A DNA stretch of 64,000 nt from Octopus vulgaris. Taxonomy: Eukaryota. The position numbers and the translations under genes are program-made. This document shows, piece by piece, positions 25,701 through 41,548 of this stretch. Every line of letters starts with the position of its first letter. Position 1 is the first letter of the stretch. Where the stretch lies: positions 63,178,001-63,242,000 of the forward strand of contig OX597833.1 of assembly GCA_951406725.2 (NCBI GenBank). The letters are read 5' to 3'. The notes under the pieces were generated by a model, which saw only the letters and a program-made list of their open reading frames with translations, had not been told where the DNA came from and searched no databases.

Positions 25701-26529
25701 TATATATATATATATATATATATATAGTGAGGAAAAATTTTTTAAAAATGCAGAATGCTCAAATGAAAGAAAATTTTAATAAAATGAGAAAATGATAAAA
25801 TATATAAATATATATTTATTCAACCGGTTTTCGTCATTGTATGACTTGTCAAGAATATTTATGTTTTAAGAAGTTTTTTTTAAAAATTAGAAAGGGGAAA
25901 AAAAGAAAATTGCATTGTTTTTTGTAAAAGAATAATGATAAAAATGTACAAAAATTAAAAAATAAGTTCTCCGATACATTGTGAGTTCGTTGTGTATCTT
26001 GAGTTTTATGGTTGTTTACCAAAAAATTACCTTGAGGTGTTAAGATCCAAAGGGATTAAGAGCATGTGATGTGTTGTGTTGTTAAATTCAGCATGTTGCA
26101 GGACAGGAAGTAGTAGTAATTGTGGTCCTGGTTCTTCAGTTCCTGTGTTGTGAGTAAGGGAGACAACTCTTTTGAGTTCTTCAATAAAACCCAAATTATA
26201 AAACTATCATTTTAGCTTCATTTGCATTATCTTTTTTATATAATTGCTTGTTAACTTAACTTTCAGATTTTAACACTTTATTTATATTATTTTCTAATAA
26301 TATAAAACTGCATAGACAATTGCATTTCAAATTGTCATATCATTTATAATAAAAATGATAGTAATAACAACAATAGTGAAAATGATATTTAAAGAATATA
26401 AGTTTTAGCTTGAAGTGGTGAATGCATGGTATCTTTATATATTTGTGTTAGTCCATCCATGAAGAGTGAGGTAGAGAAAGGAAGTTTGATCAACGAGGAG
26501 TTTGCATATTAAGTTGTGTTTGGAATTTA

Positions 26530-26658
26530 AACCCCAAATTCTATATATTCCCCTTCTACCAATGTAAAGACGGGATCACCACACAGGAGAGAATTAACAA
26601 GGAGAATCTCTTTATTGAAAAATTCCAAACACAACTTAATATGCAAACTCCTCGTTGA
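26530..26658 (+). pseudogene. PLE GIY-YIG endonuclease C-terminal fragment
   Basis: NPKFYIFPFYQCKDGITTQERINKENLFIEKFQTQLNMQTPR*, with the R...E..FI..F...LN pattern of PLE endonucleases. Confidence 0.8.
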
Positions 26659-27290
26659 TCAAACTTCCTTTCTCTACCTCACTCTTCATGGATGGACTAA
26701 CACAAATATATAAAGATACCATGCATTCATCACTTCAAGCTAAAACTTATATTCTTTAAATATCATTTTCACTATTGTTGTTATTACTATCATTTTTATT
26801 ATAAATGATATGACAATTTGAAATGCAATTGTCTATGCAGTTTTATATTATTAGAAAATAATATAAATAAAGTGTTAAAATCTGAAAGTTAAGTTAACAA
26901 GCAATTATATAAAAAAGATAATGCAAATGAAGCTAAAATGATAGTTTTATAATTTGGGTTTTATTGAAGAACTCAAAAGAGTTGTCTCCCTTACTCACAA
27001 CACAGGAACTGAAGAACCAGGACCACAATTACTACTACTTCCTGTCCTGCAACATGCTGAATTTAACAACACAACACATCACATGCTCTTAATCCCTTTG
27101 GATCTTAACACCTCAAGGTAATTTTTTGGTAAACAACCATAAAACTCAAGATACACAACGAACTCACAATGTATCGGAGAACTTATTTTTTAATTTTTGT
27201 ACATTTTTATCATTATTCTTTTACAAAAAACAATGCAATTTTCTTTTTTTCCCCTTTCTAATTTTTAAAAAAAACTTCTTAAAACATAAA

Positions 27291-27331
27291 TATTCTTGAC
27301 AAGTCATACAATGACGAAAACCGGTTGAATA
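27291..27331 (+). ncRNA. Variant minimal hammerhead ribozyme (U3-A8), mirrored at 25817-25857 on the minus strand
   Basis: TATTC-TTGACAA-GTCA-TACAA-TGAC-GAAA-ACCGG-TT-GAATA. Stems I and II are perfect; stem III is the palindrome AACCGGTT. Confidence 0.7.
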
Positions 27332-27467
27332 AATATATATTTATATATTTTATCATTTTCTCATTTTATTAAAATTTTCTTTCATTTGAGCATTCTGCAT
27401 TTTTAAAAAATTTTTCCTTACTTATCATTTCTCCACGTGCGGTCAACACAACCCCACCATTTATTGA

Positions 27468-27497
<30 letters not shown>

Positions 27498-27500
<3 letters not shown>

Positions 27501-27820
27501 CTGTCTTGCCTTTGAAACACGCTTGAGTATAACTAGCGACAGCTGATGATTGGGGATTTTTCCTTGTGTAGTATGTCCTGTACTCTGTTTTTCTGTTGTA
27601 AAAAAATGTTTTTACCCGTTTTCGTTTCTCGTCCAGTTCCACGTCTCTGTTTTTCTGTTGTAAAAAAATGGCTTTTTCGTTTTCGTTTCTCGTTGAGTTA
27701 TACGTCTAGTTGTGGTGTCCTGTATTCACGTATATATATTTATATATGCATGTATATATACATGTAGATGTAGGTACGTACATATATGTTTGTATATATG
27801 CATATATTTTATTTATTACA
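27498..27820 (+). mobile_element. Family P2 copy in (TA)n
   Basis: Homology to 8972-9235; internal ~60-bp duplication (CTCTGTTTTTCTGTTGTAAAAAAATG twice). Confidence 0.7.
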
Positions 27821-27821
27821 C

Positions 27822-27856
<35 letters not shown>

Positions 27857-28176
27857 ATATATATATACGCAGCCCCACATCATCAGGTATTTTTTTTTTG
27901 GGAAATTCACTTCTTACATACATCCAAATGATTCCTGCTTCTTTTTGATTATTCATATAAATGGTTCCCCTCGTTTCATTGCTCTGAGATGTTGCTCGAC
28001 AATCGGAAATGTTTAACTCAGAATGACCAAATTCATATTTCCAACCTGATAAGTATACATTTTGATTTTCTACTTTCACTATCGATTTCTTTTTTTTTTT
28101 ACACACTGAACTCTTTACATTCATGTGTATACACTTTCAAACATATGTACGTATGAAGGCATGTACGTATATATAA

Positions 28177-28239
<63 letters not shown>

Positions 28240-28638
28240 TATGTATGTATGTGTATACTTTCACATGTAGGTATGTATGTATCTATATGTATACATACAC
28301 ACGTACGTGTACACACACATACATATATACATGCAAAATACGTATGCATTTACTGTTTTACACATATATATGTTTACACCATTCCTTGAGTGCAGCAAGT
28401 GCGTGAGCGTGCATACATCTATATATACATGCGTTTATATTTTATGTATAATATTTTCAATGAAATTTATTGCAAGCCTACACGTAAACGCAGACACACA
28501 ATGTATATTACTTACATTATATATATATGTGTGCGTGTATATATATATATGCATATATGCATATATAGATGTGTATATGCATATATATATGTATGTGTAA
28601 AAGTGAGTATGTTTATGTCTATAGATATATTGTACATA

Positions 28639-28685
<47 letters not shown>

Positions 28686-29206
28686 GCATATATACATACG
28701 CTTTTATAATTCCTTTGATGTACCGTTCTTGTATATCTGAATCTATTTAACTTTTTAGAACACATATATGCACGCATCTGTAGTTGTATGTGTTTGTGTG
28801 TAAGTGTGTGTGTGATGTGCGTGTGTGTGCGCATGTATATATATATGCGCATAATATTCATATATATATATATATTTATATATGTACATACACAGAAATG
28901 TGGCTTTGTAAAGAATTCTAGAGAAGTATATGTAACTGAGTTTGTGTACGTATATTATTATGTGGATGTGAGGTGGGGGGGAGGCATAAGTATTTGTACA
29001 TACATAAGTACGAGTGTATATATAATGAATTTTGAAATTTTTGATTTTCACTGCATTATGCATAAGTATAGACTGTACACACACACATATATATATATAT
29101 GTATATTTATATATATACATCTATAAGTATTTATATATATCAATATATACATATGTAGCAATATATATATAATGTATATGTATCTATCTATCTATCTATT
29201 TATCTA

Positions 29207-29254
<48 letters not shown>

Positions 29255-29387
29255 ATATATATGTATGTAGATGTATTCCACTCTCACACATCTATATATC
29301 CACCTATATACACACAGATATGTAACACCCAACCGAAGCTGATAAACACCAGACGGTTCTTTCACTTATACGATTCAAATGACGTAA

Positions 29388-30444
<1,057 letters not shown>

Positions 30445-30757
30445 ATTGTAATCTCTCCTCTACAGACTCTGCTAGGTCTGTCTGTTCCATAATAAACCTC
30501 CAAAGTGTCAAGCAATTTACGCAAGCCACATCGTCTTCAGATGTTTCCAGCGCTGATGAATATGACAGCAGCGATATATTACAGCCTCGCTTTGATTATT
30601 ATTCACCATCGCTTCATTATTGATTCGGCGAAGGGGAAACAAGTGGGATAAAAAACAGAAAAGAAAAAAAAAACCCCTAAAAAAAACAAAGAAAACAACA
30701 AACAAACAACAACAACAACAACAGGAAAAGAAATAAAAACGAAGATACGTACATACA

Positions 30758-30804
<47 letters not shown>

Positions 30805-30892
30805 CTCTCTATATATATGCACACACATACGTATGTGTGTGTTCATATGTATATATGTATGTTGATATGCATGTACGCTTAATTGTATTTGA

Positions 30893-30979
<87 letters not shown>

Positions 30980-31214
30980 TATACACATATATATACACAT
31001 ATACATATATATATATACATATATATATACATGTATAATATAAATATAATTATAAATATATGCGTAATGTGTAATACATTATATATATAAACATATATAT
31101 ATTTTATATAATACATATATGTATATATATTATATACTTATATATAGACTATATATAAGTATATATATTTATGAGTACTTATATATATAAACGCTCTTCC
31201 ACCCACACACACAT

Positions 31215-31267
<53 letters not shown>

Positions 31268-32019
31268 TATATATTTATGCAGGTAGGTAGCTGTACAAAT
31301 GAATGTATACATACATATCCATATATACACATTCACACATATATAGAGATATATAAACAGGAATAAAAATTAAACATAACCAGGCAGCGAATGATGAGGA
31401 AAAATAGCTTAAAACAAAAGCTTATGAAGAAAATAACAAAAAACACCCGAAAAAAACAAAATCACGTTTTGAAAATAAGTGAGAGCGAGAGGAGAGAGAG
31501 TGTGTGTGTCTCATTATAGGGTATTGATTAGTGGCGGATGTAGGAACAGCTTGTGACAAACTGTTCTAAATTTATAGGTGTGAAAGGTGCCTATGTAACA
31601 ATAATAACAACGACGACGACAACAACAACAACAACAACAACAACACAGCAATAGGTGGCGCTGTTGCTGGTGTTCCTGCTGCCGATGTTTTTTAAAACAG
31701 CGACCGTTGAAGGAGGCAGAAACTGCAGAGAAACGACGAGAAATTGAAACAATAATGGCGGATAATAAGTTTTGTTTTGATGACGAATGGCGGGATTCTG
31801 GATAGATTCATAACGGTGCGTGTTTATGACCTTGTGTGTGTGTGTGTGCGTATGTGTGTGTGTGTGTGTGTGTGTGCGTGCGTGCGTGTGCATTCGGGTG
31901 TGTATCTGTATGTGCATGTGTGTGTTTATGTTCTTCGTGCGGAAATGTTCACCACTGTGTGTTTGTCATCGTGTGGATATGTTTGTGTGTGTGTATGTGT
32001 GTGTGTGTGTGTGGGTGTG

Positions 32020-32401
<382 letters not shown>

Positions 32402-32873
32402 GGAAAGAGAGAAATCGAGTGGGGAGAAAAGGGCTAAAATTTCGGCCCCAAAACTAAGAGAGAAGTTTCGGTCTAGTAGTCTTATAATGAATCTTGCTGA
32501 GTATCATCTAAGATGACCACAGCCAGGAATAGAGCACGTGAGAGTGAGTAAGTGAAGGATGGGGAGAGAGAGTAAGAGTTAACTGTGTATGAAGATGCCT
32601 ATGTGTGTATGTAGACGTGTGTCTACATCTTTTTGCGCGCGCGTTTGTGTGAGTGTGCGTATGTGTGTGTAGTTCAAAAGATTTAAGGTAGATAGTGAAA
32701 ATAACAAAACAAAACAAAACAAAATATACGTGATGTACCACGTGAGCATAACAAGGGTTGTTAACCTTGTATATTTGTGTATATGAAATTTTGAAAAAGG
32801 TCAGGATTTTTAAAATGTCAACAGAAATTATTCTTATTTCTGTATGTTTGTAACATGTGTGTGTATGTGTGTG

Positions 32874-32919
<46 letters not shown>

Positions 32920-33013
32920 TGTGTGAGTGCATGCGTGTGTATATGTATATATATATAGTTAGATATAGATACAGAAATAGAAAAATGGATATTGATATAT
33001 ATGTATGCATGTA

Positions 33014-33070
<57 letters not shown>

Positions 33071-33250
33071 ATATAGATCTGTAAGTATGTATGTACACAC
33101 CCACACATATATATATATATATATTTACGCACGTTGCTTAATGTCGAAAGAATGAAAAACGAATGCTCGCATGTAGAGGATATAGATTTTTTGTGTGAAT
33201 GTATTTTAGGTATGTATGTATGTATGTACCCGTTTGTCTGTCTGTCTGCC

Positions 33251-33320
<70 letters not shown>

Positions 33321-33468
33321 GATTCAGATGAATATGGTACTTAAGTTGAGGCCCCAGAATTTAGTACGGTATTATCCATACAATTTCGAAATAAGGTGAT
33401 TAGAATCAAAAAGAAGCAACAAGGATATCCAGAGGTAATGCAGTACGATTGTTTCAAGCAACTCCATT
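33321..33468 (-). mobile_element. Diverged P4-family terminus
   Basis: GATTCAGATGAATATGGTACTTAA...TTATCCATA...GGTGATTAGAATCA...GCAACAAG...GTACGATTGTTTC aligns with the reverse complement of 19823-19950 and includes the HHR 3' half. Confidence 0.7.
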
Positions 33469-34476
33469 AGGTGGTTAGGTGACTTGCTGAACATGGCCTC
33501 ACACTACTTCAACTTTCAGCGTCTTTGAACATAGGTCTTCGCATTCAGGATCGGCCAGGAGGAAATCATCATCATCATCCCAACAACAACAACAAGACTT
33601 ATGAGACAACGAAGACATATGAGAGGAGGAACAGCCGAACTTAACAGCCCTCCTATAACACACGGCCGTCTTCAAAACTAAACAAATGTCATATTAGACA
33701 TTTTGTCATTATTTCAAGTCTGAAAGAAAAATAAACAAGGTGGTCAGACTGGTCAGTGACGGCTCGTGTATAGGCACTGCAGTACCCCCTATTTCCTCTC
33801 GAGAATATCGATAACATTCAATATAATGAGTCCTTTTTCCTTGAATTCTTTCTTTACTCTTGTACATTATATAATCCTTAAGCCATCTCTCCTAGTTTAT
33901 GAAAAGAATACAAAAATCCTTGTATAGAAGTGTGCACTTCACAGTTCCAGCGACGCGGTGTTTGGCTGTTGTGCGCAAGCTCACATGTCTGAGATAGGAA
34001 GCTTCACGCTAGGGAGAGAGAGTACTGTGGTTCACACAGTGCCTACCCCAGTGTTCTTGTGAAAGGTAGTGTTTCTTTTTGACTCCGCCTGTGTTGAGCT
34101 TAAAAACATGCTTATATTCTTGAATGTGATAAAGTGTAGATTTAGATTATTATCATGCTTCCAGCTTCAGTGTTGCTGCCAGGGTTTGAAAAATAGAGCA
34201 GATTCCCTCCTCCCCACGCTTTATTTTGTGATTATGGGGGAATTTTTGAAAAACAAGGGGGAATTCGTGGCGATGCTGAGTGAACAAATTAAACACGCGA
34301 ACCGATCATGTTTGTGAATAAATATTATTTTTCTGTTTGTTTCCTTTTACACAATATTAAAATAACGGCTAAAATTTTTCTGAAGCTGCACCGCCACTAA
34401 TTTTATCTACGAGCCGCCACTGCGGTTGGTATCGATTTGATGATAAGTATCCTGGATCGGGTCGCAGCAGGGGCTA

Positions 34477-34507
<31 letters not shown>

Positions 34508-34699
34508 GCAGCAGCAAGCAGCAACAGCAGCAGAGGCAGCAACAGCAGGAGCAACAACAAGAAAACGAAGAGGACGGCGGCGATGTCACCAACGTTGACA
34601 GCAAACGGCATAAAATGTTAACGAGGGAAATTATACGCGGCCACTTAATCTGCTAGAAATAGCAGCCCAAACTTCCTCATTAGTGCGACGTATTGGTTA

Positions 34700-35600
34700 A
34701 TGTGTTGTTGTTGGTGTAGTGGGAGGGGGGTAATTTTGGGGGTGGTGGTATTGGTGGTTAGAGGATGCGTTGGAGCTGAAGGTGGTGATGGTGGTAGTGG
34801 CCTAAATGGGGTGGCGGTGGTGATAGCTGTGGTACGAAAGCGGAGGGGGGTGGAGATGATAATGATGGTATAGGTGGCACTGGTGGTGGTGGTTGTGTTG
34901 AAGGGGTTGTTGTTGTGATTGTGGTTAGTATTAATAATTACGATAGTAATAGTTGTAGTGGTGTGGTGGTGGTGGTGGTGGTGGTGGTGGTGGTGGTGGT
35001 GGTGTTAGCCGTGGTTGTTATCCTCGTGACTGTAATGATGGTTGTGATGGTGGTGGAGGTAGAAGTGGTGATGGTGGTGACGGTGATGGTGGAGGTGGTG
35101 CCGGTGGTGGTGGTGCTGGTGGTAGCAGCTATGAAGATGAAGGTGGTGATGATGTTGTTGTTGGTGGTGATGGTGGAGGTGGTGGTGACGGTGATGGTGG
35201 AGGTGGTGCCGGTGGTGGTGGTTGTGATGGTGCTAGTGGTAGCAGTTATGAAGATGAAGGTGGTGATGATGTTGTTCTTGTTTGGTGTGGTGGTGATGGT
35301 GGAGGTGCTGGTTGTGGTGGTGGTGGTGGTTGTGGTGGTGATGGTGGTGGTTGTGGTGGTGGTAGTGGTAGTAGCAGTTTATGAAGATGAAGGTGGTGAC
35401 GATGTTGTTGTTGTTGGTGATGATAGTAGTTTGACGTATTGGTAACTGCGTAAGCGGCTCAAAGGGGGCGGGGAGCAGAGCGGGGTGGGCGAAGGGGTTG
35501 CGTGGATGGGGCGGGAATGGCGACAAGTCATGGTTGTAGTGATGGCAATGGTGGTCGGGGTGGTGGTGGCGGTGGTGGATTGAGTAAAACGATGGTTGTT
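34700..35600. repeat. (GTG)n-rich low-complexity tract with an internal ~120-bp duplication
   Basis: GACGGTGATGGTGGAGGTGGTGCCGG...ATGAAGATGAAGGTGGTGA is repeated. Confidence 0.85.
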
Positions 35601-35667
35601 CGGCGATGAGTCATAATAGGTCATTTACACAAACAACTCTGCCTTCGCTCCCCCTCCTCCTCCGCTT

Positions 35668-35668
<1 letters not shown>

Positions 35669-35731
<63 letters not shown>

Positions 35732-35736
35732 ACACT

Positions 35737-35792
<56 letters not shown>

Positions 35793-35838
35793 AACACACA
35801 CACTCATACACACACACACACACACACACTCACATACA

Positions 35839-35872
<34 letters not shown>

Positions 35873-35911
35873 ACACACACAAATACACACACACACACAA
35901 ATACACACACT

Positions 35912-35948
<37 letters not shown>

Positions 35949-36013
35949 AAATACACACACTCATACACACACACACACACGCACACACACACACATACAC
36001 AAATACACAGACT

Positions 36014-36050
<37 letters not shown>

Positions 36051-36905
36051 AAATACACACACTCATACACACACACACATACATATACACACGCATACAC
36101 ACACACACAAACACCCCTTACATACAGATACGCACGACCAAACACTGGCACGGACGCACGGCAATAAAAAAAACAACCCAAAAAAGGGGCTAAAAAAAGT
36201 AAAAAAACAACGAAACAAAAACAGGGGTTTGGTAGGAGTGGGCCCCTTTGATAACATGTTAAAGGGTGGGGGGAGATGGCGGCGTTGGAGGCAGGGACAC
36301 ATAACGTGGGAGTAGTAACATAATAGGGGCCAGCAATTGAACTATCGTATGTAAGTTTTGTTGGGTTTATTTGTAGGGGTTAGTAAAAGCAAGGGGATTA
36401 AGGGGTGGGGTGGGGGTGGGGGAGGAGAGACAGGACAGTGCGTTGTCATGACAACCGGCATATAGTAATTGTGTTGTGGATGACATCTGTATAATAGGAT
36501 TGTGTGTTGTGTGTATGTATGTGTGTATGTATGTATGTATGTATGTATATATGTATGTATGTATGTGTGTGTATGTATATATGTATGTATGTATGTATGT
36601 ATGTGTGTATGTATGTATGTATGTATGTATGTATGTATGTGTGTAAGTATGTATGTATGTACGTATGTATATGTGTATATGTGTGTATGTATGTATGTAT
36701 GTATGCATGTATGTGTGTATGTATGCATGTATGTATGTATGTATGTATGTATGTGTGTAAGTATGTATGTATGTATGTATGTATGTATGTGTATATGTAT
36801 GTATGTATGTATGCATGTATGTATGTATGTATGTATGTATGTATGTATGTATGTATGTATGTATGTATGTATGTATGTATGTATGTATGTATGTATGTAT
36901 GTATG

Positions 36906-36937
<32 letters not shown>

Positions 36938-36963
36938 TGTATGTATGTATGTATGTATGTATG

Positions 36964-36995
<32 letters not shown>

Positions 36996-37157
36996 TGTAT
37001 GTATGTATGTATGTATGTATGTAGTATGTATGTATGTATGTATGTATGTATGTATGTATGTATGTATGCATGTACGTATGTATGTATGCATGTATGTATG
37101 TATGTATGTATGTATGTATGTATGTATCCATCCATCCATCCATCCATCCATCCATCC

Positions 37158-37210
<53 letters not shown>
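35669..37210. repeat. (CA)n, (TATG)n and (TATC)n microsatellite blocks
   Basis: Directly visible, with a short unique spacer at ~36115-36500. Confidence 0.9.
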
Positions 37211-37211
<1 letters not shown>

Positions 37212-37262
37212 ACATTCGTATTAATGTGTATGTATGTGCACACATAAATGTGGCAGTATATA

Positions 37263-37316
<54 letters not shown>

Positions 37317-37339
37317 ACCACATTTATGTGTGCACATAC

Positions 37340-37402
<63 letters not shown>

Positions 37403-37741
37403 CATACATACACACACACATATAAGATAGATAGATATATGAAAAGCGGAAGGGCGAACATACATGCATGCACACATCGTGCACACATTTGTGATTGCGG
37501 TGTGCACCCTTGCACGCGCCTGCGCATACTTGTGCGCAAGTACAAATGTACCTATCTTAGTATGCATATTAAAATGCACACACACACACACACACTCACA
37601 AAACATGATATATGTCACACACACACAGACACACACACACACATATATATATACACACACACACATATATATATATATAAAGCATATAGTATGTGTAATA
37701 TATGTATAAACATACACACACACGCACACACACACACAGAG

Positions 37742-37821
<80 letters not shown>

Positions 37822-38039
37822 GAAACATGATGACCGAACATGTGACCAAACATGGTTTAATGGTTTCTGCGGCTGATGCTGTGGGAATCCTGATTCAGCG
37901 ATTATGGCCTTGTCTCTGTGTATGTGCACCATGTGCACCATGTGCACCATGTGTGAGTGCGTGAGTGTGTGAGTGTGTTTGTGCCTGCGTTTGTGTGTGC
38001 AGCTGTTATCGATAACAACGACCCCCTCTCTCAACCCCC

Positions 38040-38070
<31 letters not shown>

Positions 38071-38252
38071 ACTCATCCCCCTTCCTCTCTCTCTCTCTCT
38101 CTCTCTGTTTCTCTCTTATCTGCCTTGCCAGCTCTTCCCACACGTTGCTCTCCATCTCTCCTTTCCCTCCTCGAAATGGATCTTCCTCTCTTTCCCATGA
38201 CTATTACTCACTTTATAAGTAAACATATACGCGAAGTCAGTCTCCTCATGCC

Positions 38253-38310
<58 letters not shown>

Positions 38311-38441
38311 TTGTGTGTGTGTGTGTGTGTGTGTAAACCATCGCGCATTTTGCCAATTCTTCATCCTTGGCTATATTTCTATATATACAATACGAAGGCA
38401 TATAAATATACATACATATTCATGTTTATATGCGTTTATGC

Positions 38442-38494
<53 letters not shown>

Positions 38495-38515
38495 ATATGT
38501 ATATATATATATATT

Positions 38516-38546
<31 letters not shown>

Positions 38547-38646
38547 ATATATATGTATGCATATATATATATATATATATACATAATATATATATATATT
38601 TACATATTTATATATATATGTATGTATATAATATATATTTATATTT

Positions 38647-38694
<48 letters not shown>

Positions 38695-38785
38695 ATATAT
38701 ATATGTATGTATGTATATATATATATATATATATATATACGTATACACCCCTCTGTCTCTCTATATATGTGTGTGTATATGCGTG

Positions 38786-38823
<38 letters not shown>

Positions 38824-39121
38824 TTATATAGTAGATGGTGAATACTACCAGAGACAGACACCATGTGATGACTGACTACAGGGATGACGTCACCAGTGAA
38901 TGTATATATATGTATATATGCGTATATATATATATGTATATATATATATATCGCTATATTACTGTATAACTAGCTTCTACTGACATGTGACTCAGCGTCA
39001 CAGGCCAGATAAATGTAATCCTTGGCCTGTTGGCCTCCTGCTGTGTTGGTCTGTTGGTGTTTTGGACTCAGAAGAAAGAAAAATTCTAGGATACACTGGA
39101 TAATGTAGTCCCAGGTACAGC

Positions 39122-39565
39122 TCTTTACTCTTTACTCTTTACTCTTTTACTCTTTTACTTGTTTCAGTCATTTGACTGCGGCCATGCTGGAGCACCGCCT
39201 TTAGTCGAGTAAATCGACCCCAGGACTTATTATTTGTAAGCCCAGTACTTATTCTATCGGTCTCTTTCGCCGAACCGCTAAGTGACGGGGACGTAAACAC
39301 ACCAGCATCGGTTGTCAAGCAATGCTAGGGGGAGAAACACACACGCACAAACACCACACACACACACACACACACAAATATACATATATATACATATATA
39401 CGACAGGCGTCTTTCAGTTTCCGTCTACCAAATCCACTCACAAGGCATTGGTCGGCCCGGGGCTATAGCAGAAGACACTTGCCCAAGGTGCCACGCAGTG
39501 GGACTGAACCCGGAACCATGTGGTTGGTTAGCAAGCTACTTACCACACAGCCACTCCTGCGCCTA
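39122..39565 (-). mobile_element. SINE family B, full-length (CORE-type, resembling octopus OR SINEs)
   Basis: tRNA-like head GGAGTGGCTGTGTGGTAAG...GGTTCAGTCCC, CORE-like ACCTTGGGCAAGTG, internal microsatellite and (AGTAAAAG)n tail. Confidence 0.9.
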
Positions 39566-39737
39566 TGTCTGAACAAAAAATGTATGACGAAAAATTCTGG
39601 CTGGAAATCAAAAAATGTTGTGAGGTCACTTTTTTTATCCATTGTTGTCAGCCTGCAAGACAGAGCAGCTAAATTTTCCTCATCATGTGCCCTACTCTTT
39701 AAAGAAAGGCGGAAGGACCTTATTGGTCACGTGAACG

Positions 39738-39784
39738 AGAAGAAGAAGAAGAAGAAGAAGAAGAAGAAGAAGAAGAAGAAGAAG

Positions 39785-39816
<32 letters not shown>

Positions 39817-40495
39817 GAAGAAGAAGAAATAGAGGTAAAAGAAGAAAAAGAAGAAAAAGTGAAAGAAGTTAGAAAGAAGAAAAGAAAAGAAGAAAGAGTA
39901 GAAGAAGAAATAGAGGTAAAAGAAGAAGAAGAAAAAGAGAAAAGTGAAAGTAAAAAAGTAGAGAAAAGAAGAAAAGTGAAAAAAGTAAAAGAAGAAGAAA
40001 AGAAGAAGAAACAGAGGTAAAAGAAGAAGAAAGAACATGGGACGCTCATGGCTGGATTGTTTTTGATCATAGGACTGCTTAAATAGGTCAAACCTTGGGC
40101 TAAATAGCATAACAACTACAAGTAGTAATCTCTATGTGGTAGCTTAATATGCTTGAAATAGTATTGAAAATCACTTCAAATGCAAGCACACCAACCATCT
40201 TGTATAGGACATTGAATGTTTTCTAGTCTTAAGTAAGCTCTCCCACATGCTTGATGGGATGGTCATGGCTGGAATGGTTTTGATCATAGGCCATCTGGAT
40301 CAGGCTTGATTATGGCCGAAGAATAAGAAGAAGAAGGAGGAGGAGGAGGAGGAAGAAACAAAGGTAAAAGAAGAAAAAGCGAAAGAAATATAAAAGGAGA
40401 AGAAAAAGAAGAAAACGTGAAGTAAAAAAGAAGAAAAAGAGGAAAAAGTGAAAGAAGTAAAAAAGAAGAAAGAAAAAGGAGTAGAAGAAGAAGTC
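39738..40495. repeat. (GAA)n and degenerate purine tracts
   Basis: Directly visible, with a duplicated CATGGCTGGA...TTTGATCATAGG between the tracts. Confidence 0.85.
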
Positions 40496-40509
40496 TTATA
40501 CATATAATA

Positions 40510-40740
40510 TTTATTTCTTTTTTGCCCACAAGGGGCTAAACACAGAGAGGACAAACAAGGGCAGACAATGGGATTTAGTCGATTACATCGATCCCAGTAC
40601 GTAACTGGTACCTTATTTAATCGACCCCGAAAGGATGAAAGGCAAAGTGGACCTCGGCGGAATTTGAACTCAGAACATAGCGGCAGACGAAATACTGCAA
40701 AGCATTTCGCCCGGTGTGCTAACGTTTCTGCCAGCTCGCC
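40510..40740 (-). mobile_element. SINE family A
   Basis: Near full-length copy. Confidence 0.9.
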
Positions 40741-40821
40741 AACTTATACATACATATAATATTCTATGTGGTTAGTTGATTTAAAGTGTGTTTACGTCCC
40801 CGTAACACACACACACACACG

Positions 40822-40884
<63 letters not shown>

Positions 40885-40887
<3 letters not shown>

Positions 40888-41320
40888 CGTAGGAGTGGCT
40901 GTTTGGTAAGAAGCTTGCTTACGAACCACATGGTTCCGGGTTCAGTCCCACTGCATTGCACCTTGGGCAAGTGTCTTCTACCATAGCCTCGGGCCGGCCA
41001 AAAGCCTTGTGACTGGATTTGGTTGACGGAAACTGAAAGAAGCCCGTCGTATATATGCATGTATGTATGTATGTATGTATGTATGTGATATATATGTATA
41101 TGTATGTGTGTGTATATGTTTGTGTGTCTGTGTTCGTCCCCCAAGATCGCTTGACAACCGATGCTGGTGTGTTTACGTCCTCGTAACTTAGCGGTTCGGC
41201 AAAAGAGACCGATAGAATAAGTACTAGGCTTACAAAGAATAAGTCCTGTGGTCGCTTTGCTCGACTAAAGGCGGTGCTCCAGCATGGCCACAGTGAAATG
41301 ACTGAAACAAGTAAAAGAGA
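40885..41320 (+). mobile_element. SINE family B, full-length
   Basis: Same organisation as 39122-39565, in inverted orientation. Confidence 0.9.
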
Positions 41321-41548
41321 AACAAAAGAGCAAGCAAATACCGAAGGAAGCCATGTTTTTTGTAGCAACGCTTGCGAAAACTTACGACAAATTTACGGAA
41401 AAGCTTTGAACAAAGAAAAGGGGAAAGAAAAATGGTTGAATAAATGATGATTTTGCTTCTGGTTTTTATTTTTGTTCGTGGTTTCTTTATGATTATCATT
41501 TGGAGAAACTAAACGTGGAAATGAGGGGGTGAAGAGAAAGGGCTTTTC

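Larger units (their letters stand above)
25727..27470 (+). mobile_element. 5'-truncated Penelope-like element with an inverted pLTR (about 800-bp arms, 91-bp spacer) in (TA)n
   Basis: 25727-26528 is the reverse complement of 26620-27421. The centre encodes a GIY-YIG C-terminus. HHR motif in each arm, and a ~48-bp unpaired 3' tail. Confidence 0.9.

Noticed and set aside
25727-27421. Foldback/TIR DNA transposon interpretation of the large palindrome
   Set aside because: The asymmetric 3' tail, the GIY-YIG-like peptide crossing into one arm and the HHR motif fit a PLE with an inverted pLTR better.
30463-30623. Acceptor-like CTCTCCTCTACAG followed by a Ser/Asp-rich frame
   Set aside because: No protein similarity recognised and no supporting gene structure.
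37821-37896. C/D snoRNA-like motifs (ATGATGA ... CTGA ... CTGA)
   Set aside because: Box spacing is atypical, the terminal stem is weak, and I could not recognise an rRNA or snRNA-complementary guide.
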